In this document: positions 26,028 to 34,200 of the stretch, piece by piece | Numbering within the stretch: position 1 is the stretch's first letter | How the letters are laid out: every line of letters starts with the position of its first letter | DNA from: a candidate division WOR-3 bacterium | Lineage (GTDB): Bacteria; Hydrothermota; Hydrothermia; B15-G9; WFZT01 | Assembly: GCA_027053075.1 (NCBI GenBank) | Contig: JALUEE010000072.1 | Location: forward strand, 1 to 36,931 | Length of the DNA: 36,931 bases | Reading direction: 5' to 3' | Program-made: the position numbers and the translations under genes | Notes under the pieces: generated by a model | Databases searched by the model: none | The model's input: the letters and a program-made list of their open reading frames with translations, nothing else | What the model was told of the DNA's origin: nothing

Positions 26028-28580
26028 ATGCCAAAGTTCACATTAAATGGAAGGGAAATCGAGTTTAAACCAGGAGAAACGATCCTTCAGGTTGCATGGA
26101 GGGAGGGGATTAAGATACCGGTTTTCTGCTATCATCCACATTTGCCGGTTTACGCAGGCTGTCGCATGTGCCTTGTTGAAGTGGAACTTCGTGGAAGAAA
26201 AGGGTTGTTGCCTTCATGTGCCACTCAGATAGCTGAAGGAATGGTCGTAAACACCGAGACTGAAGAGGTTAGAAAAGCAAGGCGTGGCCAGATTGAATTC
26301 TTGCTGCTGTCACATCCTATTGAGTGTCCGGTATGTGATGCAGGAGGTGAGTGTGACCTGCAAAACCTCACATTTATCTACGGACCTTCCCAGTCTCGTT
26401 ACACATTCGAAAAGACTGAGAAGAAAAAGGTTAAAGCCCATCCATATCTTGAACTCTATCCCAATAGATGCATTCTATGTAACAGATGCGTGAGTTTTTA
26501 TCAGGAAATTTCCGCTAACGACGACTGGGGTAATTTTGGCAGAGGTCACACGATGCGAGTGGGGCCCTATAGAGATAAAATCCTTGATAGTGAATTTTCT
26601 GGTAACATGATCGAGGTTTGCCCGCTGGGAGCAATTACGGGCAGGGATTATAGATTTAAATCCCGTCCATGGGAGCACAAAATCTTTAATAGCATCTCAC
26701 CCCACGATTCCATTGGGGCAAATATAAAAGTTTATGCAAGAGTTGGAGGAAAATATTCTCGTGGCCACATCGTTGAGGGTGGGGTAAGGGGAGAGAATCA
26801 CGAAATTTTAAGAGTTAATATGAGGCCCAACTATGATGTAAACGACCCCTGGATTGATGACAGAACAAGGTTTATTCACAGTTATGTTAATTCCACCGAA
26901 AGGATCACCCAGCCTCTCATAAAGAGAGAGGGTGAATTCAAAGAGACGGACTGGGATGAGGTTATTCAATTTGTAGCCGAAAAGCTTATGGAAATTCGCG
27001 AGGAATCAGGCTATGAATCTATTGCCGCTCTGGCAGGTGGACGTGGCTCAAACGAGTCGGCTTACCTCTTTGCAAAACTCTTAAAAGATGTCCTTGGTTC
27101 GAAAAACATTGATGTAAGATTTCCAAGACCCGATCTGGCAAATGGAGACCCTGTGTTTGAGGTTTTAAACGCTTCAGCATCCAGTGCCAGATTAAAGGAT
27201 ATTGATGGTGCGGAAAACATCGTCGTTTTCGGTACTGAGATAAAAGAAACTCATCCGATTGTTGGTTTGAGACTCGTCAGGGCAAGAAAGAAGGGCTCGA
27301 AGATTTTCTATTTTGGTAAGTGGTCGGGTAATCCTGAGAAGAGGTGGGCTATAGAGGCCTATCATTATGACGTGCTCGGCGAGGAGATGGCCGCTCTTGC
27401 GATTTTGAAAGCGGCAAGTCTCAAAAAAGAGATACCTGTTGAGGGACTTGAGAATGTTTCTCTGGATGAGCTGGTAAAGAAAGCCGGCATATCGCGTGAG
27501 TGGGTCGAGAAGGCCGTAAATGAATATACTATATTTATATATAACGATGCCCTCTCATACACTGCCCAGAAGGCCCTTGCTCAGGCTGCCGTTTTGCTTA
27601 AAGGGAAAGTGTTGCTTTTGAGAAGTGCGCCTAACGGTCAGGGGTTTATTGATATGGGGGTAAGTCCTGTACTGACAGCCGGCCAGAAATTAGAGCCTGT
27701 CAGAGGATATTCCACAATTGAAATAATTGAAAGGGCAAAGAAAGGCGAGATAAAAGCCCTGATTCTTTATAACGTTGATCCGCTTATTGAGTATCCAGCG
27801 AAAGAAGAAGTTCTGGATGCCATTAAAAATATCGACTTTATCGTTGTTTTAGATTCTTTCTGGAGCGAAGTTACTGGATATGCCAATGCTGTACTACCCC
27901 TCGCATTAAGTTTTGAGGAGGATGGTAGCTATACGAATACAGAGGGAAGAGTACAGTGGGCAGAAAAGGCTATACCTGATTATGCTATGGCACGTCCTGC
28001 CTGGGAAATTTTTGGTGAGCTTATTTCTGCTATAACAGGTAAGCCTGGCTTTAACAGTGTAAAAGAAGTGACCGAGAAGATTTTTGAAGAAGTAGAGCCC
28101 TATCAGGGGTTAAGTCTACCCCTGTGTAAGACATTTGAGGAACCTTATCCAGACGAGATTCCCTCTTTACATAACATTAAAAAGGTTTACAGCTATCCTC
28201 TTGCAAGATACCCGTTCGAGGAAAAGGGTGTTAGCTTCGAGGTCCCCGAAAAACAGGAAAAGTCTGATGGTTACATACTCGTTCTTTCCAATCATCTTTA
28301 TAAAACTGTTTACACGCTTAGAAGTGAAGATGCTGAAGCACTTATCCCTTATAAGGTTGTGGAAATGCACCCTGAGGCGATGAAAAAAGAAGGAATAGAG
28401 GAGAGTGCGCTTCTGATTGGTCCGAGAAACGAAGAGTACGAAGTGGTTGTGAAAGCGAATAAAAATTTGCCCGAAAATGTCATCCGTGTCTTTGGACCGT
28501 TCCTTGACTATGGACTAAACAGTCTCATTGATTTTAATGGTATTGGCAAGGCAAAAGTTGCTCAGCCTGTTAGGAGGTAA
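26028..28580 (+). CDS. nuoG: NADH-quinone oxidoreductase subunit G
   Basis: CYH..L...AGCRMCLVE..C (2Fe-2S), H...CPVCD.GGECDLQ, CILCNRC...FSGNMIEVCPLGA and F.SRPWE; cofactor-less molybdopterin-type C-terminal region. Confidence 0.9.
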   Translation: MPKFTLNGREIEFKPGETILQVAWREGIKIPVFCYHPHLPVYAGCRMCLVEVELRGRKGLLPSCATQIAEGMVVNTETEEVRKARRGQIEFLLLSHPIECPVCDAGGECDLQNLTFIYGPSQSRYTFEKTEKKKVKAHPYLELYPNRCILCNRCVSFYQEISANDDWGNFGRGHTMRVGPYRDKILDSEFSGNMIEVCPLGAITGRDYRFKSRPWEHKIFNSISPHDSIGANIKVYARVGGKYSRGHIVEGGVRGENHEILRVNMRPNYDVNDPWIDDRTRFIHSYVNSTERITQPLIKREGEFKETDWDEVIQFVAEKLMEIREESGYESIAALAGGRGSNESAYLFAKLLKDVLGSKNIDVRFPRPDLANGDPVFEVLNASASSARLKDIDGAENIVVFGTEIKETHPIVGLRLVRARKKGSKIFYFGKWSGNPEKRWAIEAYHYDVLGEEMAALAILKAASLKKEIPVEGLENVSLDELVKKAGISREWVEKAVNEYTIFIYNDALSYTAQKALAQAAVLLKGKVLLLRSAPNGQGFIDMGVSPVLTAGQKLEPVRGYSTIEIIERAKKGEIKALILYNVDPLIEYPAKEEVLDAIKNIDFIVVLDSFWSEVTGYANAVLPLALSFEEDGSYTNTEGRVQWAEKAIPDYAMARPAWEIFGELISAITGKPGFNSVKEVTEKIFEEVEPYQGLSLPLCKTFEEPYPDEIPSLHNIKKVYSYPLARYPFEEKGVSFEVPEKQEKSDGYILVLSNHLYKTVYTLRSEDAEALIPYKVVEMHPEAMKKEGIEESALLIGPRNEEYEVVVKANKNLPENVIRVFGPFLDYGLNSLIDFNGIGKAKVAQPVRR

Positions 28581-28582
28581 AG

Positions 28583-29140
28583 ATGATCAAACCGCTGCTT
28601 AAAGGGCTTTCGATAACTTTTAAATACATTTTCAAAAAGAAATTCACCGTTCAGTATCCAGAGGAGAGGCGCGAGTTACCACCGAGGGCAAAATGGCTCC
28701 ATATACTGCAGAGGCACGAAGATGGAAAGGAAAGATGTGTGGCTTGTATGCTCTGTGCATCAGCGTGTCCCACAGAGGCAATATATATTGTAGGTGAAGA
28801 GAACGACCTCTATAATCCAGTATCCCACGGTGAGAGATATGCTAAGGTTTGGGACCTTGATCTTGGAAGATGTATGTTTTGCGGCTACTGCGTGGAGGCA
28901 TGCCCTGAAGAGGCCCTTGCTATGACTGACGAATATGAGCTTGCAGTGCCCACGAAGAAAGACCTCGTTTTGCATAAAGAAGACCTGCTGGTTCCGCCGG
29001 GTACACCTCCGGTTCACACCTGGCTTGGTTTTTATAGAAATGAGCCTGTAGCAGCTCATCCAGTTTCAAGGCCCAAAGAATTACATATTGAATTTGAAGA
29101 ATATCTTAAAAGGCGGGGCCCGAAGGAGGAGAACGAATGA
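28583..29140 (+). CDS. nuoI: NADH-quinone oxidoreductase subunit I
   Basis: [18 protein letters not shown] and [12 protein letters not shown]. Confidence 0.95.
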   Translation: MIKPLLKGLSITFKYIFKKKFTVQYPEERRELPPRAKWLHILQRHEDGKERCVACMLCASACPTEAIYIVGEENDLYNPVSHGERYAKVWDLDLGRCMFCGYCVEACPEEALAMTDEYELAVPTKKDLVLHKEDLLVPPGTPPVHTWLGFYRNEPVAAHPVSRPKELHIEFEEYLKRRGPKEENE

Positions 29141-29670
29141 TTCGTCTTGCTAAAAAGGGAAGAGACCCGTTCATCATTTATGGAAAGGAGAAATCTGTTG
29201 AGGAACAGTTGAGAAGAAACATCCTTCTTACAACTGTTGATGCGATGCTGAAGTGGTCAAGGAGAAATTCACTCTGGCCCCTGCCATTGGGACTTGCATG
29301 CTGTGCGATTGAGATGATGGGTGCCTTTTTCTCGAGGTATGATATGGCAAGGTTTGGCTTCGAGGTTTTCAGATTCTCACCGAGACAGGCCGACCTTATG
29401 ATTGTAGCAGGAACAGTTACCAAAAAAATGGCGCCAATCGTAAGAAGGTTATATGATCAGATGTCAGAGCCCAAGTGGGTGATTGCAATGGGTGCATGCG
29501 CAATGGCCGGCGGCCCTTACAATTCCTATGCTGTGGTGCAGGGAGTTGATAGTCTTATTCCTGTTGATGTTTACGTCCCCGGATGCCCTCCGAGGCCCGA
29601 ATCCCTGATTTATGGTATTATGAAGCTGAGAGATAAGATCAAGTATGAAAGGGAGGCAAAAATTTTATGA
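29137..29670 (+). CDS. nuoB: NADH-quinone oxidoreductase subunit B
   Basis: [21 protein letters not shown] and [10 protein letters not shown]. Confidence 0.96.
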   Translation: MIRLAKKGRDPFIIYGKEKSVEEQLRRNILLTTVDAMLKWSRRNSLWPLPLGLACCAIEMMGAFFSRYDMARFGFEVFRFSPRQADLMIVAGTVTKKMAPIVRRLYDQMSEPKWVIAMGACAMAGGPYNSYAVVQGVDSLIPVDVYVPGCPPRPESLIYGIMKLRDKIKYEREAKIL

Positions 29671-30866
29671 AGGGGAGCTTCGAGAAAGACACAGGAGTAA
29701 ATACTGATATAATCGAGCTCAACATGGGGCCACAGCATCCGTCCACGCACGGTGTAATGAGGATAGTGCTCGAGCTGGATGGTGAGGTGATTGTAAAAGC
29801 AAAACCGGTGATTGGATATTTACATAGAGGCACAGAGAAGATTGCAGAAAACCGCTCTTACTACCAGGTGGTTCCCTATACCGACAGGCTTGATTATCTC
29901 GCCCCCATGTCAAATGAGCTTGGATATGTGATGGCGGTAGAGAAACTTCTTGGAATTGAGGTTCCGGAAAGGGCAAAGTTTTTAAGAGTTATTCTCGCCG
30001 AGCTCGCAAGGATTGCCTCCCATCTGGTCTGGCTTGGCTCCAATGCCAATGACATTGGAGCGGTTACGGTTTTCCTATACGCATTCAGAGAGAGGGAAAA
30101 GATTTATGACCTGCTTGAAGCTATCTCGGGCCAGAGAATGAACAATGCTTTTCTTAAGATTGGCGGCTTAATGGGCGATGCTCCCGATGGATGGCTTGAT
30201 GCAGTCAGGGCGTTTGTAAAGCAATTCCCTGAGAAGCTAAAAGACCCGGATGGTCTTCTCACAAAGAATAAAATCTGGAAGGAAAGGACAGAGGGAATTG
30301 GAGTGATTCCAAGAGACCTTGCAATAGACCTTTCTCTTACTGGACCACCATTGAGGGCTTCAGGTGTCAAGAGGGATTTAAGAAAAGATAATCCATATCT
30401 TGTTTATGACCAGCTTAATTTCGACATCCCTGTGGAAACCGCAGGTGATGTCTATGCAAGGTACCTTGTGAGGATGGAGGAGATGAGGCAGTCTGTGAGA
30501 ATTATCGAGCAGGCATTGGATAAGCTCCCGGATGGTCCTGTTTTAATAGAGGATTATAAGATTGTCCCTCCACCTAAAAGCGAGGTTTATCACGACATTC
30601 CAGAGCTGATCCATCATTTCAAACTAATTTCTGAAGGATTCCATCCTCCAGAAGGTGAGGTTTATTTTGCCGTAGAGGCCCCTAAAGGAGAGTTAGGATA
30701 CTTTATAGTCTCTAATGGTTCAAATAAGCCCTACAGATTAAGAATAAGGCCACCTTCATTTGTTAACCTACAGGCACTTGAGTATATTCTTCCAGGCCAT
30801 TTAATAGCTGATGCTGTGGCCATAATTGGAAGTCTCGACCCTGTATTCGGAGAGGTTGACAGATAA
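29667..30866 (+). CDS. nuoD: NADH-quinone oxidoreductase subunit D
   Basis: [31 protein letters not shown] and [11 protein letters not shown]; no NiFe CxxC motifs; no fused NuoC. Confidence 0.96.
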   Translation: MKGSFEKDTGVNTDIIELNMGPQHPSTHGVMRIVLELDGEVIVKAKPVIGYLHRGTEKIAENRSYYQVVPYTDRLDYLAPMSNELGYVMAVEKLLGIEVPERAKFLRVILAELARIASHLVWLGSNANDIGAVTVFLYAFREREKIYDLLEAISGQRMNNAFLKIGGLMGDAPDGWLDAVRAFVKQFPEKLKDPDGLLTKNKIWKERTEGIGVIPRDLAIDLSLTGPPLRASGVKRDLRKDNPYLVYDQLNFDIPVETAGDVYARYLVRMEEMRQSVRIIEQALDKLPDGPVLIEDYKIVPPPKSEVYHDIPELIHHFKLISEGFHPPEGEVYFAVEAPKGELGYFIVSNGSNKPYRLRIRPPSFVNLQALEYILPGHLIADAVAIIGSLDPVFGEVDR

Positions 30867-30905
30867 AATCCCAAGTTGGGAAAAATTCAGAACATACGAA
30901 AATGC

Positions 30906-30992
30906 TTGACATTTTAAGAGTTTCTAAAATAAAATGAGTTTGACTTTGCCGAAAGGATAGAAGTTGACATAATATGGCGGGATGAATAAAAT
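30906..30992 (+). promoter_or_regulatory. Tandem near-consensus sigma70 promoters upstream of the giant gene
   Basis: TTGACA(30906)-N18-TAAAAT and TTGACA(30964)-N17-TAAAAT. Confidence 0.7.
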
Positions 30993-31017
30993 AACGTTTA
31001 CAAAAAGGAGAAAGCCA

Positions 31018-31095
31018 TTGGAAAAGTTGAGTATTAGAATCCTGCCGTTTGAAGGGAACAAGTTAGTAATTTTCAGCAATAAATTTGTGTATTAG
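31018..31095 (+). CDS. Candidate uORF1, 25 aa (MEKLSIRILPFEGNKLVIFSNKFVY)
   Basis: TTG start 7 nt after SD AAGGAG (31005-31010). Confidence 0.3.
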   Translation: MEKLSIRILPFEGNKLVIFSNKFVY

Positions 31096-31111
31096 AAAGG
31101 AGGATACTTTT

Positions 31112-31210
31112 ATGAGAAAAGGGTTTAATGTGTTGTTTTTTGTGTCTAAAAGTGTCGAGTTGTTGTTTTCAACAGTTTCTTTAGAAAAAAGGAGGTTATT
31201 CAATGGGTAA
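31112..31210 (+). CDS. Candidate uORF2, 32 aa (MRKGFNVLFFVSKSVELLFSTVSLEKRRLFNG)
   Basis: ATG 8 nt after SD AAGGAGG (31097-31103); its stop overlaps the start of the giant gene. Confidence 0.4.
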   Translation: MRKGFNVLFFVSKSVELLFSTVSLEKRRLFNG

Positions 31211-34200
31211 TGTAAAAGTTAACGACATAATAAAAAGGGTCAGTAAGCCTATAGTTACTGGTGTAGTTTCTATAGGTCTTACATTGCTGTTTGTTGGAAC
31301 ACTTCGTGCAGGAAGTTTTACTTATCCTGATAGAAACGGGAATGGTGTTCCTGATGTTGCAGATATAATGCTCGGTTTAGTAAATCCCGATGGTACGCCA
31401 TATGACACAGTAAATACCCCCACAGCTAAATTTGCTGACTTTGATGGTGATGGGATCCCAGATTCTTTGGAGATTAAACTTGATACCACAGGTGCAATAG
31501 GCGTGCTCCAAAGAGGAGATCTTGATCCCAAAAATCCAGATACAGATCATGACGGTATCCCGGATGGTGCTGAACTTCTTGCAGATACTTCCTATACCCC
31601 TAACTATGTTGGTCATGTTGTAACAAATCCTATTACACATATCCCATCAAATGATACTATCGATGTAGATGGTGACGGCATTATCAATGCGCTTGATATC
31701 GATTCAGATAATGATGGATTGTTAGATGGCCCCAATTATGGTTATAACATAGGTTCCGGCGCTGTATTTTCATTCAATAATGGCGGTGGACATTATAAAT
31801 ATGAGCATGGTGCTGGTGGAACCGGTACGGACCCGTATGATAATGATACCGACGATGATGGACTTGGTGATGGAGAAGAAGTTTATACGTATGCGCAGTG
31901 GAATGTAGATCCGAAGAAATTTGATACAGATGGAGACCATCTCTCTGATGAACTCGAAATTAAGTTAGGTCTCAATCCAAATAATACCGATACAGATGGC
32001 GATGGCATTGATGATGCCACCGAGCTTGCTGATAATGCAGCGATTATTGCTGGAACAGTAGCATCAGGTGGTGCTACTGATCTTGCATGGGATGCTGCAC
32101 ATTCTGCCTATACCGATACCCTTGCCGGTTTTATGAACATTGCGGATGTTGATAGGGATGGTCTTATTGACGCTCTTGATGTTGATTCAGATAACGATGG
32201 AATTAACGATGGAGTTGCAAATTCTATAAGCCCAATTGGTCATGAAGATATAACAGATATTGATGGAGATGGAATTCCTAATTATCGTGATATGGATTCC
32301 GATGGTGATGGACTTGCAGACGGACAGGAAGAGAATTTCTATCATACAAGCGCATATGGATATACTGATGGAGACAATGATGGAGTAGTAGATGAGAGTG
32401 AGATCGCATATGGGCTGAATTACAATACAAATGATACGGATGGAGATGGAATCGTAGATTCCACCGAGGTTAATAGCAACGGAGCAAACATTAGTATTGT
32501 TACGGCTTCAGGGCACGATGCCTACTACCTCACCTCTGCTCCCAGTGATGTAGATGGAGATGGGTTACCCGATGCAAGAGACCTTGATTCAGACAATGAT
32601 GGCCTTTTTGATGGAAACTACAATCCAGGGTGGACTTATGCAGATGGGAGTGTTCCAAATGAGAATACGTTTGGAACAGATTACAGAAATTCTGATACAG
32701 ATGGAGATGGATTAACAGATGGATGGGAAGCAGGAAACGATTTAGACCTGGCGGATGGATCAGGTGCTGGCAATTTTGAAAGAACAGATGCTACTAAGGT
32801 TGATACTGATGGAGACGGTATATCAGATAAAGTTGAATTAGAAAATGGGTCGAATCCGTTGTTGGTGGACAGTGATGATGATGGTATACCGGACAGTACG
32901 GAGTGGGGGACGAATTTGGCTGGAGCGCCGAGGGATACAGATGGAGATGGGATACCGGATGTGATAGATATAGACAGTGATAATGACGGATTGTTTGATT
33001 ACAGTTACGATCCAGGTTGGACGTATGCGGATGGTAAGGTGCCGAATGAGAAGCAGTTTTTTGAGACTGATGCTGGGTGGGCAGCGGATTCAGCGATAGC
33101 TGCATCGTATAGGGAAGATTTTGATGGAGATGGATTAACAGATGGATGGGAAGCAGGGAATGATTTGGACCTGGCGGATGGTTCAGGTTCTGGTCATTTT
33201 CAGAGGACATTGCCGTACAATGTAGATAGTGATGGAGATGGTATAGCGGATAATGTGGAGTTACAGAACGGGTCGAATCCATTATTAACGGACAGCGATG
33301 ATGATGGTATACCGGACAGTACGGAGTGGGGGACGAACCTGGCTGGAGCGCCGAGGGATACAGATGGAGATGGGATACCTGATGTGATAGATATAGACAG
33401 TGATAATGATGGATTGTTTGATTACAGTTACGATCCAGGTTGGACTTATGCGGATGGGAAGGTGCCGAATGAGAAGCAGTTTTTTGAGACAGATGCTGGG
33501 TGGGCAGCGGATTCAGCGATAGCTGCGTCGTATAGGGAAGATTTTGATGGAGATGGATTAACAGATGGATGGGAAGCAGGGAATGATTTGGACCTGGCGG
33601 ACGGATCAGGAGCTGGGAATTTCCAGAGGACATTGCCGTACAATGTAGATAGTGATGGAGATGGTATAGCGGATAATGTGGAGTTACAGAACGGGTCGAA
33701 TCCATTATTAACGGACAGCGATGATGATGGTATACCGGACAGTACGGAGTGGGGGACGAACCTGGCTGGAGCGCCGAGGGATACAGATGGAGATGGGATA
33801 CCTGATGTGATAGATATAGACAGTGATAATGATGGATTGTTTGATTACAGTTACGATCCAGGTTGGACGTATGCGGATGGGAAGGTGCCGAATGAGAAGC
33901 AGTTTTTTGAGACAGATGCTGGGTGGGCAGCGGATTCAGCGATAGCTGCGTCATATAGGGAAGATTTTGATGGAGATGGATTAACAGATGGATGGGAAGC
34001 AGGGAATGATTTAGACCTGGCGGATGGTTCAGGTTCTGGTCATTTCCAGAGGACATTGCCGTACAATGTGGACAGTGATGGAGATGGTATAGCGGATAAT
34101 GTGGAGTTACAGAATGGTTCGAATCCATTATTAACGGACAGTGATGATGATGGTATACCGGACAGTACGGAGTGGGGGACGAACCTGGCTGGAGCACCTG

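Noticed and set aside
29137..30866. Group 4 [NiFe]-hydrogenase
   Set aside because: The large subunit lacks both CxxC Ni-binding motifs; NuoB has the tandem CC of complex I.
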